From NCBI GenBank assembly GCA_951406725.2, contig OX597827.1:83080001-83144000 (forward strand): 64,000 nucleotides of DNA. Reading direction: 5' to 3'. The notes below the pieces were generated by a model. The model saw only the letters and a list, made by a program, of their open reading frames with translations. It searched no databases and was not told the DNA's origin. The translations under genes and the position numbers were made by a program. Every line of letters starts with the position of its first letter. Positions within the stretch are counted from its first letter, which is position 1. Origin of the DNA: Octopus vulgaris (lineage: Eukaryota). Shown piece after piece: positions 37,414 through 50,800 of the stretch.

Positions 37414-40382
37414 GCATATACATTTATAGTTATATATAGTTACTTATATAATATTGTGTTGATGTGTTAATATAGTAATTTTGTGTATGTATGCGTGTGT
37501 GTACACATGTAAAAATGTGAAGATGCATGTGTGTACGCATATATATGTCATTGATAAATTAACACTGCTTGCTTGTCGGGTAGGCGATGTGGAAGGGAAA
37601 CGTTGTGAAGAGATTGCAATAAAATCTCAAATAGAATTTTAAACTATTGTTATTATCGAGAAGAAACAAGTTGATTAATTAACTGAATACAAACTAAATA
37701 ATGAAGCCAAATAAGATTATATAATTAGTGAACGCTATCAAAACAGTAGAAATATATAATATTTGAAATTTGTGTATGAAGTCAATTTGATATACAGGAA
37801 ATTGAATTCTGTGTGAGATTGCCATTGAATTATGGGAATTCATTAAAAAGAAGCTGTTTAAAAAATAAACTTTTAAAGATGAGCGGCAGGGAAGGAGACA
37901 ATATTTTCATTTAGAGAACTTTTGAACATACAAGACAAAAATACAATGTAACAAGAAATATAAAAGTCCCCAGAATCATGAGTATTCTGATAAAATTTGC
38001 AGAGTGAATCTTGGCAAAGTCTTCAAAGCACAGTGGACAGAGAATTCTGGGTAAAAATTTCTATCATATAGCCATCTTAATAAACGAACATTTTGTAAAT
38101 AATTACTTGCATTTGGTCAACATTAAAAAATCAGTTGTAGCAGTTTCATTTGGAGACAAAAAAAATCAACTAAAATCAAAATTTTACACATACAAGTTGG
38201 GCAGTTCGGCAATAAATGTCTATATATTTGTAGCCATGAGAGAAATGTATATGTGTTAATGATGATAAATTTAGGTCTGTATGTATGAGGATGCATTCTG
38301 TTTGAATGTACAAATGTCCCCCAAAAAGACAAAATAGACATAACAGGTGTTACTAATTTTTTCAAAGCTAAACCTTTTTCAACATCTGCTCTGAATTTTT
38401 TATTTCTTGCAGGTTAAGTCGACTCGAAGGACATAAGTGAAACTGGAAACTCAGAGTAGTGCTTTACTTTCATGGGCAGGTGTGTGAGTACTTAATGAGA
38501 GCAGTCTTTATTTGATCAACAGAAGCTGATGATCCACTGTAACACTACGTGTCATCATTGAGGTAACATTGCTTTGCTGTCCAAAGGATTACAACTTGTG
38601 AGAAGCTGAACAGGGACACAGCCATGTATCAGCATCTTCCACATTATATACACATGTGTGTATATAATTTAACATCCATTTTCCATGCTAGCATGGGTTG
38701 GATGGTTCGACTGGGGTCTGGAAAGCCAGGAGGCTGCACCAAGCTCCAGTCTGATCTGATAGTGTTTCTACAGCTGGATGCCCTTCCTAACACCAACCAC
38801 CCCATGAGGGGCCAGAGGAGGCTGGTAACAGCCATGATCGGTTGGTGCTTCTTACATGCCACCAGCATGGAAGCCAGTGCATATATTTATACACACACAC
38901 ACACATATATATACGTATAATATATGTGTTAGTATACACACACATACATATATAAATTAATAAATGAATGACAACAGGAGTTACATAATCATCTTCTTTA
39001 ACTTACAAAATGTTTTGGTCCGAAAGAAATGTGTGCCCAGAGTTGAGTGCACAGAGATGACATCTTATAGATGTCTTTTTAAAGTTGGTAAAGAAAGTAC
39101 CCATGGGGAAAGAAGGGGTTAGAAAGCAAGCCATTTTGTCAGAGAAGTGCCGCAACTAAATGATCAAATAAACAGTGTGAACACTAATGAGAATATTTAG
39201 GATCTTTGAAAAGATAGACGCAGGTTCAAAGATTTGTTTAAAACTGTTGGAATAAATAATTAGGAAACAAAATATTTTAAATAAATTTGAAAAATGTGGT
39301 GACATAGTTTGGACTGGAAAAAACCAATGAGAAAGATCAATAGCAAGTGATTACTTGAGTAATGTTGAAAATGCTATTGACAAGTTGACAGAGTTGTTAG
39401 AATCTCCATCAAATCACAACCAACCACCATCTTAAAAAAGGAAGGACAAGGACACAACTGCAAATAGACAACAATAAAAAAAAAACAAAGCTGGAAGGCT
39501 TTGGTCTAACCAAGGTTAATCAGGGGCTCTATTTATAGTCTATAAGCGGTAATGGGTACTCTACAGTGTAATAATAGTGTGGGGTACATTAAGGTGTAGT
39601 GGTATGGGGTACCATAAATCATATTCAAGCATATGTGATGTGGTGGTGGTGGTGGTGGTGTAGGCTACAACAACTCATTTCCCACTGAACTCTCGACACG
39701 TTTCATAAGATCAAATCTGAAGCCTTCTCAGATAGCAGACACAACAGGACCTGAGTACAGTGTTGCCTTCTGTGACAGACATAACTGCAGCATCATCATC
39801 ATCATCATCGACTTGGTTAAGAACCAAGAAAGAAACAAAACAAAACAATGGAGTTGAAAGATTCGATCATGATGGTTATTGTTGTAAGGGGGAGGGGGAC
39901 AATCCATTAGTGGCTGCAGCCATCTTATTGTACATTTGATGAGACAACAGAAAGGAGGGGGGGAGACAACAGATGAAACAGAAACACAATTTTTCCTCTT
40001 AAAAAGGCAATTTTGTAAGGAGGGAATAGTTTCAGATGGGTTTCATACTATTTGGATTTAGTAAATTGTTAACTCCAGATTAACTGCAACAATGCAGACC
40101 TGTAATTAAAGACATTCCAGCTATGACTTCCCTGTCTTTTCTATATTATCTAACACATTCTTTATTTTAGATGGTACAGTGTGATTCAACAACTAGATCT
40201 AACAGGCTGAGTGACCCTGTCGAATCTTTCACATACGCAGCACAGTAGGTTACAAAGACAGGGGTGTTAATGGATATAGAATCCAAAGGTAAGCAGATTT
40301 CTGTCGAAAAGGGAGCTGCTTAACTATCTTGTAGTAGTAGTGTGTGCATGCATGCACACACGCATATACATGCACACTCTTA

Positions 40383-41250
40383 TGCAGGTTGCAGTGAATA
40401 AACTGTCCTTTAAATTACGCAAAAATGAAAATACCACTGACATCTCATTTTAACAGATATATTTACCAAAATTACACAAAAATAACTTTAAATGCTAAAG
40501 AGTAAATTTATTCAATAAAATCGCCATTGGCTTCAACCAAGGCCTCCAGATGACTTTGGAATCTCTTCTCTTCTGGACAGTCTCCTTGTTTAGTTGGTGA
40601 ATGCTGCCATAATCCTAGCGTTGGGGTTACAAGGAGTTTTGATGGTCGCTCACTCAACTGTGTCCCACACATAATGAAGGAGGTTGCAGTGTAGAGAGTT
40701 AGGTGACCAGATTTTAGGGGTGATGTGGTTGCAGAGTCTTGTTGCCAGACACAGGATCTTCCAGCAACCACCCTCTTGACCCAGGGCAGCTCTATTTTGA
40801 ATCTGAGACTGTGTGGGAAGATGAATGGAGGCATAACATACCCATCACTAGTGATCACTCCTGGTACATGTTTTGGGACACAGAAAACCAATGGTTGCTC
40901 TGTATATTTACCATCTGATCCTAGCAGAAAATTTTCTCGTCTGAGAAAAACCAAAGCATGTTCAGTAGGGGGGGGATGCTTGAGTTTCTTCAAAAGCTTT
41001 GTAGCTCAGTCTTTTTTCTTGTCTTCATGACTTGGGATAAAAATTGTCCCTTTCTCATATGCTATGTGGAATACCAAATGTGTCCATGCACTACTTGTCT
41101 AATAAACTCAGACACTCCCATGGACCTGATTGACTTGGAGGGATCCTTGTCAATCATCTCCTGGATCTCACCAACAAATTCAGAAGTTCTTTTCTTATCA
41201 GAGTGAGTTTTCTGAGCTACCGTACCTTCATAATCACAATTAGACTCATC
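40383..41250 (-). mobile_element. Tc1/mariner (maT/DD37D-like) degraded element
   Basis: EIQEMIDKDPSKSIR, GVITSDGYVMPPFIFPH, VWQQDS, RFQSHLEALVEANGDFIE; terminal sequence near 40383. Confidence 0.8.
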
Positions 41251-41269
41251 CAACTCTTTCCAAATCCTC

Positions 41270-41565
41270 TGCACTGCATAGTACCAAAGATCCCAACATT
41301 GCCATCAAAATACGGGACCAAATGCTGCCAGACCTTGGGCTTCGCAGGCCCACAAGTTTTGAATATCCTTCTTCAAAATAAAACTGGATCTCCTCCTGTC
41401 AAGGATTCTGGATGAACCTACCTACCTTACAGCAGGAAATGCAGCAGCATTAAACTCGCTCATTCACCAAATGCCACATAGAGGAGGTTTCAAATAATGA
41501 AAGTGTAGCAAATCTAACAGTGGTGTCCCAGCATGGCTGCAGCTCTTGAGATGAATTGAATTAAA
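41270..41565 (+). mobile_element. CR1/L2-like LINE 3' fragment
   Basis: HCIVPKIP...LGFAGPQVLNIL and tail GGTGTCCCAGCATGGCTGCAG, as in 59000-60900. Confidence 0.75.
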
Positions 41566-41591
41566 GACTTATACATACATACATACATACA

Positions 41592-41624
<33 letters not shown>

Positions 41625-41627
<3 letters not shown>

Positions 41628-41838
41628 TAAATTAGAAAAAAAAACCCCACCTTTTATCAATTCAATAATGAAAAATTAAATTATACCATCTAGAAAATTA
41701 CATATTATAGAATGATTAAATAATCTTATATGTTTTATCTTATATTTAATCTTTCTATAAAATGTAATTTTCTAGATGGTATATTTTAATTTTTCATTAC
41801 TGAATTGATAAAAGGTGGGGCTTTTTTCTAATTCATAT
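41625..41838. repeat. AT-rich inverted repeat (~97-bp arms, ~20-bp spacer) abutting (TA)n
   Basis: CCCCACCTTTTATCAATTCA...TACCATCTAGAAAATTACAT is mirrored by ATGTAATTTTCTAGATGGTA...TGAATTGATAAAAGGTGGGG. Confidence 0.9.
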
Positions 41839-41849
41839 AAATCAAAATC

Positions 41850-42250
41850 AAAATCGATCAACATCAATGGAAATTGTAGCTGTGATACCAGTGCCGGTGG
41901 CACATAAGAGAACCACCCGAACGTGGCCGTTGCCAGCGCTGCCCCGACTGGCCTCCATGCCGGTGGCATGTAAAAAGCACCATCCGATCATGGCCGTTGC
42001 CAGCCTCGCCTCGCCTCCGTGCCGGTGGCGTGTAAAAAGCACCTTCCGATCGTGGCAGTTTGCCAGCCTCATCTGGCACGTAAAAAGCACCCACTACACT
42101 CATGGAGTGGTTGGCATTAGGAAGGGCATCCAGCAGTAGAAACATTGCCAGATCAGACTGGGCCTGGTGCAGCCTTCTGGCTTCCCAGACCCAAGTTGAA
42201 CCGTCCAACCCATGCCAGCATGGAAAGTGGACGCTAAACGATGATGATAT
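41850..42250 (+). mobile_element. CpG-rich (likely young) RTE-tail repeat with internal subrepeats
   Basis: GCCGGTGGCRYGTAAAAAGCACC-like unit repeated 3-4 times, then the standard tail CCAACCCATGCCAGCATGGAAAG...(GAT)n. Confidence 0.8.
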
Positions 42251-45200
42251 ATATATATTAACATGGATTAGATGGGTCATCAAAGCCGTGTGAATCTGCC
42301 TCTTCTGCAGTCTTGCTACCTTCCGAGATGGGTAAAAAGATTGTTTCCCTTGTACATTTCATTTTTATCATGGCTTCTTTAGCTGGAAGCCCTTCTAAAC
42401 ACCAAAATCTTAACAGGTGCCTTGTATTGTGGCACCAGAACTGGGGAGGTTGTCTTGTACTCTACATGCAACAAGGTCTTCATCTGTCCATTGTTGTTCA
42501 GGGCATTGTGACTTTATAAAGTGGTTAGATGAATATGAACTGAGTTAGAGAGAGAGAGAGAGAGGTAAGAATGTATGATGGATGTCAATAAAAGAGTGAC
42601 CCAAATGAGAGGGGATGGTGTCTAGCACCATAGAAAGGTGAATGGAGATACTAACAGCTCCAATGTAATCCATCTTTACTCGGATGTCATGATGTAAGAG
42701 AGACATTAATGACAATTACATATTTGCTGGTAAGATATGTGTATGTACCCACCTGTTAATCTATTATGTTGACTTTCTATTTTGGCATGGAATACATGTT
42801 AGTGTAACTATGTAGTACCTACACTAACTGAGAATTTACTATACTAACTGAGGATATGTGTGAAAAGTCGTGAATAAATATTGTTAAATATTATATATAC
42901 ATATATATATATGTATGTATGTATTGTTTGTAAAAAAACATAAATCTGAAAGAAGCACACTCTAAGATGTGGAGCAGAATATATTAAAAATGGGGGAAGC
43001 TAGTTTATGGGGTTACCTTAGGTTTCCTGTCCATAAAGGCATATCGTAAGATCCTAAAAACCTGTTGGCCCATGACCTCTTAAAAATATGGAGGAGGAAA
43101 TGCCCCACTACTGGGGATTGTCTTCCTTTGTTACTTGGCCATCGACTTCCAGATGTGCTGCCATCTGTTAGGAAGGGCATCCAGTCATAGAAGCCATGCC
43201 ACAACAGGGTAGCCACGTATCTCTTCAAGATATATGTGGCTACCCTGCATTATATAAGAATGGGTGTGTGGGGAGAGAAAGAGATGGCATAGAGCTGAAT
43301 GGTGAAGAGGTGGCCAACACTCTGTAAAGTGGTTGGCATTAGGAAGAGCATCCAGCTGTAGAAACCATGCCTCAACAGACAATTGGAGCCTAGACAGCTT
43401 CCTGGTTGACCCAGCTCCATGTCAAATGATGGTGATAATGATATATAATGCAATATATATATATGTTGTACATACACACACGTGTATGTGTGTGGGCATG
43501 CAAGTATGCATAAATCTTATCATCATTTAATGGTATGGGTTGGATGGTTTGATAGGATCTAATGAGTCTGACAACTGTATCAAGTTCCTATATCTGTTTT
43601 AGCAGGGTTTCTATGGCTGGATGCCCTTCTTAAATCCAACTACTCTACAGAGGGTCCTGGGTGCTTGTTCCATGGAACCAACACTTGTGATGTCACTAAG
43701 TAACTCACAAGATTCAAGAGCTCCCTCTACTGAGAGCGAATACAGTAGAAGGGTGGAGGGGGATAAAAACAGGTTTCTTGCTTTAGAAGAGATATGTGGC
43801 CACCCAGCATTATATAAGGATGGGTGAGTGGAACTGGTAAGGTAGATAAAGAAGGTGATGATGAGCTATCAGAGCATTCACTGCGAGGTAGCCGGTGATT
43901 AGAAGAGAGTGTGAGGAGAGAAGATCAAGAAGGATGAGAGTAGGGAGGGCAAAATTGATTGCAAGAGTGTGTGGAGAGAGCGATGATGGTTAAGGATGGT
44001 GTAGAGGTGAATGGCAAAGAAGGATGGAGAGGTGGCCAACAGTAAATATGAATTTGGGAGGGGGGTGAAGGAGTTAAGAATGAGGGATGGCTGGCAGGAA
44101 AAGGGAAGAATGAGAAATAGGGAGATGACAGGTGGGGTGGGTGAATAAAGGTTGTTGCAAGAATATGGGGAAGAGTGAGATATATATAGTGATATGGGTG
44201 AAGGTGGAAAGAGCTACCTAGGATGAATGAGAGGTAAGCCTAAGTGGAGGGAGTTGGTTGATAGTAAATAGGAGACAGTGTCAAGAATGAGGGCAGGGTC
44301 TCAATAGGAGGTGGTTGAAGGGAGAAAGAGACATAATTGGTAGTACAGAAGAGGATGGAATATATACTTCAGCTACTCAATAATGCAATAGTTAAGAGAG
44401 TGATAGAAGGATGAGGGGGAGAGAGAGAATGGATGCTGGATGAGGCTTGACAAGGACAAATTGGGTAAAGAGTTTAGAATCCTAAGAAATAGTTTTGAGA
44501 TTTGAGTAGACTTGTTATCACTAAAACTCAAGACAACATCCCTGCTGACTAATACAGCATGTAATAGTAATAATGAGGAGGAGAAGGAGACAGTGGAAGA
44601 CTAAGACAACAATTATTCGTGTAGTGATTATTGTATTTGGTACAGCAGCCAAGGTGCTCCCTGGAAGAGATTGGAATTGAAAGTCACTCTGTTTAGCTGC
44701 AAGAGAGTACCATCATATATTCTGCAAGAATCTTAAGGAAAGTTCTTGAAATTTGAGATTTGTTGTCACCAACCATCAAGATAAAATACCTGCTAACTAA
44801 ATTAGCAAACACTAGCTTAAGCATCATCATCATCATCATAATAATAATTCTTTCAAATTTTGGGAGAAGAGGGTAGTCAATTATATCAACTCCAGTACTT
44901 GACTGGTAATTTTATTGATCCCCAAAAGGATGACAGGCAAAGTTAATCCCAGTGGGATTTGAACTCAATACATAAAGAGGCGGCTGAAATGCTTATTAAG
45001 CATTTTGTCTGATGTGATAAGAATTCTATCAACTTGCTGCCTTAACCACAACAATAACAATGATGAGGTAAACAGGAGACTAAATTTTTTTAAATCCTTG
45101 GTGTCACTTAGCTCTGTTAGATAGCATTTTCCCTTCTTGGACTTTGTGCAACAGAGCAGAGAAATAAAAGGTTTAAGGGGAGACAAAAATGAATTGTGGA

Positions 45201-45299
45201 ACAAAAAAAAAAAAGAAAAAAGGGCAAAAGAGAGAAACAATATTTCATGTAGATGGAGGAGAGGAGAAATGAGAGAGAAGTGGGGGGGGGGAGACATCT

Positions 45300-45910
45300 A
45301 AATCAGAAAAACCTAATCATGAAAAGACAATGGCTACCTAAGTTTGAGCTGGAAGAGTTCATCAAAACAGGAAAAGAAGAACAAGGCTCTGAAAAAGAGG
45401 AAATTGAACAAGACATGTCAGAATGACTGATGAAGCATCAGTAAAAAAGAAATAGTAATGAGGGTGAATACAATTTTTACTTTGTGGAAGGAAAAGATAC
45501 TACAGAAGAAAATAAAACTACAAAGTTTAAACGAGAAGTGAATTAGTAAAAGAATGAGAGGAACCAAAAGTGAAAATCTGTGAAGAGGCTGGATAAGCTA
45601 CAAATGAGAATCAATGATGAGAATATAACAGATGTAACAGAGCTCATATACTGTGCAGCGTCTGTTGGTGTAGAAGTAGTTGGAGTTAAAAGTCAAGCAG
45701 AAAGAGAAAGAGACAAAGGCTGTGAGTAGAAACGGTGAGTTGAGAATGAAGTTGAAGAGCTCAGTAAGGATCTTGAAAGGATAAATACAATAACTGAAAA
45801 GAAAATGCAAAAATGCTGAAGGAGAGGTAGAGGAATGGGCTCCAGACAAAGAGGATTACGGACAAAGCAAAAAGTTAAGATAAAGTAGAGAAGAAACAAA
45901 ATACTAGATA
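45300..45910 (+). mobile_element. R4/Dong-like LINE N-terminal remnant
   Basis: NLIMKRQWLPKFELEE, ENITDVTELIYCAAS and KVEELSKDL resemble R4-clade pre-RT motifs, from memory. Confidence 0.45.
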
Positions 45911-47835
45911 AAAATTAAACTTATGAGTGAGATATGGTCCTCCATCCAGTCTAGAACAGCAGATGATGATGACAATACACACACACAAGACAGAAAAAGA
46001 CAAACCATGATGAGTATTGTGGTCATAGAATAACTAAATGATTTAAATAACACCAGTAAAACCATGTCTGTGAGTATTCCCAGTAATTTGTCTACATGAA
46101 AACATCTATTTTGGCAGCGCAGAACCACCACCACCACCACCACTTTACATCTATTTTCTATGTTGGATATGTCACCTAACATCTTATTCAAAGTTACTGC
46201 TCTTGAAGCTGAGATGGAAGACCAGATCTTACTCAATTATGGTTTCTAAGGCTGAAAGCCTTTCCTAATACCACTTTACAGACAGTACTGGTTGCATTTC
46301 ATTGTGAGACCAGTATTACACAGGTCTGCTATGATTTCCAAATTTCCCTCTCTGCTATACAGCAACCATTAGTGTAGTGAGGGTATTTTATTATGGAACC
46401 AGCACTAGACAGGCTGCCCTGTTCTCAGCAAGACCATAAACTTGATTCAAAGTAAACCTGATTGGCTGAGTAGAAGAGACAAAGCGTAGTTTGATGAGAG
46501 AAACAGACTGACAGAGGTAAGAAGACAGTAAGAGAAGAAGTAATGTGAAAAAGAACGTAGTAGTAGTAGTAAGTACATGCTAGTAGTTGATAAGGAGGAG
46601 GCTGACTAGAGAAACAGTATGAATGGTATAGGATAAAGTTGGGAGATAATGTAGTGAGAATGGTAGATGTCAATGAAGAGTGGGAGGGGAGAAGTGAGTG
46701 AGTGTGGATGAGTAGCAATATAGATGAGTGATGGGAAAAGGGTACTAAACCTGGGTAGATCTATGCCATCCCTTATTACACAGGCATCATGATGGTAGAG
46801 TGATTAAGATTAATAGAGGAGGAATTAAATATGTACAGATCAAACAACTTCCCTCATTATACAACTGGTGAGAGAGAGAGAGAGTAATAGATGGAGACTT
46901 AACTGAAATATATTGGGTGGGAAACCCAGGGTGGATATGCTGTACAACACCCAGTAATTAAGTTGGAAATATTTATAATATAGTCCACTCCAATTAGTAG
47001 GATGAAGGAACAAACACAAACAGTAGAAAGTCTAAGATGGTTAGAGATTTTCAAAGGCCGTATTTTCTGTTTGACCCCCTAAATAACCAGTCATATACTC
47101 AAACTAAACTGATTAGACACATTTCACTGCTATGTCAATAAATTCTAATGTCTAACCGAGAAATTCAAGTAAAAACACAGACCTGACTGGAGCAACATTT
47201 AGTTCAAGCAACACACAAGGCAGTTAATAACCATCCAAATCTCTCTCAACGTATGTTCTACTATAAACAAAAAGTAAAATTGAGACTTATGTATCTTACC
47301 TGAAAATCAAAAAAAAATCAAATGGTCATAACTGGAACATTTTTGATCACAAAGCTGGTGGATCAGGGTCAACATGGGGTTAAATAATAAAAACTGTTTT
47401 TGAGAGAAATCATTTCAACCAATCCTGGACAAGTGGGTCAACATTTGAATGTGTTAATTTCATGACACAGAAAGATTATATTCATAGAATATCCAAGTTA
47501 TATTATTGATGCTGTTGTTGCCATCCTCAACAGCAGCAGTGGCTACATTAGACCTGCTTCTTATGTATAGAAAGGCCATGTTAAAAACATAGAGCTTTTA
47601 TCTCCCCATCTATCAACATCAGCTCCATTAGACTGGTTAGTTATACAGTGTTTCTTCAGAAAGACCATGTGGATAGCAGATCCAACTTATAACACTTTTA
47701 TCTCTCATCAGCTTCATACAGTGTCAATATATCTTCCAAAAAATTTAGCAACAATTTAAGACTGAAGCCTACAGAATAATCTTAGTTTAACATTGATGTT
47801 AAGACTTATAACTAAGGAAGTCACACATTTGTATT

Positions 47836-47884
<49 letters not shown>

Positions 47885-50800
47885 GCTTTGATATTTTAAA
47901 TAATAATTAAAAATCCAGCCAGCCATTTCAGTGAACTTAGTGATTACATCATTTACTTTCATTGGGAAAGACAGGTATTTCAATAATTCATATTAGAGAC
48001 AAGACAAGTATTTTTGTTATTTTATTACAGTGATATGTACTGTCAGATAAAATATCTAAACTTTGTTATGAACAAAGCAGTTTCTGTGGAAATCTAATAC
48101 TGAGACACAAAGTGTAAGAATGATGGAGCCACTACAAATACAATATTACACTGCCACATATCAAGGAAGATGTTGTTACAGCTCAATACCCACCTTTTAT
48201 TTATATTTCATAAAACTTACAGTTACTCACCACCACCACCACAACCATATTATCAAGTAATAATACTTCAAACTTACTTTAATGTAATAGTACTTTATTA
48301 TTTATCTTTCAGTCAAACACCAGCTGCTGACTTAGCAGATCATGCTAATACAACAACAGAAATTATTCATAAATTTACAATATAACTTGTGGACATTACT
48401 ACTCAAAATATTTTTTCACAAGGATATCTATGTAGAAAATAAAGATTTTGTTCACCAAAAAATTAACAGACATTTCAAACATTTTAGTCAAATATTATGT
48501 TTATTATAACTCTACTTCAAGAATCAACAGGGCCAGTCACTAGTTAGAATGCAGTATGGATCCATCGTGTCAGCATCCTACTAAGATGTACATCAAAATG
48601 AGAGGTAGTGCAGTGAATAGGATTTGATATCATTCAATTCAATTGATTCACAATAATTAGGTTCTCCACAATCCCTCATTCTGGTTGTAATATTGGTAAC
48701 TATGGTAATATAACTAGACGCCCCCCCCCCCACTATTCACATCCAACAATAGTGAACCCAAGTTACCAATATCTCAGAAATTATCAAACTAATCTTTCTA
48801 GTTACTCCTTTGAAGATTTTTTAGGTGGATTACAGCTTCTCCCTATTTTCCAACAATCTCTCTGACTAATCTTTCTTTGGTTCATTCTTTCCTTCTTCCA
48901 CAACTCAACTATAAATCCCATTCTATATTTCAAATTTGCTAAAACATGCTACAGACTATCTTCAGCTACTTATTATCCACTAGCCTAGTCTACCAAGAAG
49001 TTCCTTGTTTCCAGGATATGTCCCAAAACAGAATGGTCAAAGACTGACATTAGCTAATCTTTTAAGAACACCCAGCTAACCTCTGTATTATGAAAGCCCT
49101 TGTTGCTTAACACCACATCAGCCTTGACCACACAGATCTATGATCAAAAGTAATCCAGCTGGGATAACCATATCTTTTATTCAGGCATTGTATATCTAAA
49201 GCAACATCATCTAATGTGGCTTCACTTAATTTTGTTTCTAAAAAAGAAAAAGACATGAGAGAGAAAGAGAGACAAACAGACAGACGGTCAAATATGATTT
49301 GAGGGAAATCTGGCAGGAGTTCCCGGTTTGTTTTGACCACCATACTTTAGAGCAAATATTATTTCAGCACACTTGCTGCATAGAGTAAAATTAATCTAAA
49401 AGCAGATATTTATATATTTTATCCTATAAATATAATTTAAGCTAGAAAAAATTAGCTCCTTACAATATTGTGTAAAGCCTAGAATTTCAGTTTCTATTTT
49501 TTGCATATTTTTAAATAAAATTTTAGTCCTTTCACACTTGTGCTTTAGAAATTAGCACAATACTTTTGAATCCCCTTTTATTAATCTTTATTACTAAGGG
49601 TTGTCTAATGTAGTATGGTCTCTAGTCATCCAATCTACATTGGAAGTAGAGATTACAGTATAAAAAAAAATCACCTGAAAAACATCAGTAATTCCTCTAA
49701 ACTTTGATTTGCTTTGGTTGTTTAGTGGAATAGAAGCCTACTAATGGACAATAGCTGTCAGTGCACTCACAACTAAAAATACTGTCTCTAATTAAACAAC
49801 TTTACACTAGTTAGTACTCTAAAAGTAAACATTATATCATTTAAATGTTTCCTCCCACCCACTGGAGAAGTTCATTAAAAGTGGCAGGGTTTTGCTTGGT
49901 AACAAAAACCTTAATTAAATAGCATTGAACCAATGAGATATTAAAACAGGATCTAAAAGATATGATGAATAGAAATATATAATACAGAATATAGAAGTGA
50001 CAACATAACTCAGTGACAACATAACTCTATATTCAATAACACTAATACTGATGATGGGAAGAAGAAGAAGAAGAAGAAGAAGAAATCTTTTTCATAGTAA
50101 CAAAATAAAATGGTTTTGAACTTTCATTGAATAGTAAAGAATTATTTTTAACCTTCCTCACTAGAAAAGAGTAGGAAATACAATATAATTGGAAGGAAGG
50201 AGGGGGGGAGACAGTATTATGAGTATATTGGAAACTGTTTACTGAGTAGCAGAGCTCTTTAGTACATTTGGTAGAACATTGATAAGAGTCAAGGGACATT
50301 ATCCTAGCAACATTTTACCCACATGACAAGGATAGCGTCCCCTTAATGCAGCAATTCTCCAATGAGAAAAGGTCATAATCTGCTATGATGACCAGCATTA
50401 ACAACAGTGACTTATTAATTAACCTCTTCCTACAGGTTACACTACCTACAAATGAACCAATGAGGAATCCTACAAGAAATAGCAGCCAAATCTTCATCCA
50501 ATCACACCTAACAATCTTTTTGGAAAGAGCATAATAAATAATGTAGTCACAGATGTACTCAATCAGGATTATACTGAGTAACGAGCATCATTGATGAGAG
50601 CCAATTAGAAAACTTCATGAACACTAAACCTTAAAATACCATACAGAATTTCTTCTGGTTCTTTACATTCTGAGTTCACATTCCACTGAGGTCAACTTTG
50701 CCTTTCACCCTTTTGGGGTTGACAAAAATAAGTACCAGTGAACAACTGGGGTTGACATGAACAACTAGTCCCTCTCCCAAGATTTCAGGCCTTGTGCCTT

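Noticed and set aside
38995-39076. Possible decayed hammerhead on minus strand
   Set aside because: Several core positions altered; not supportable without a consensus.
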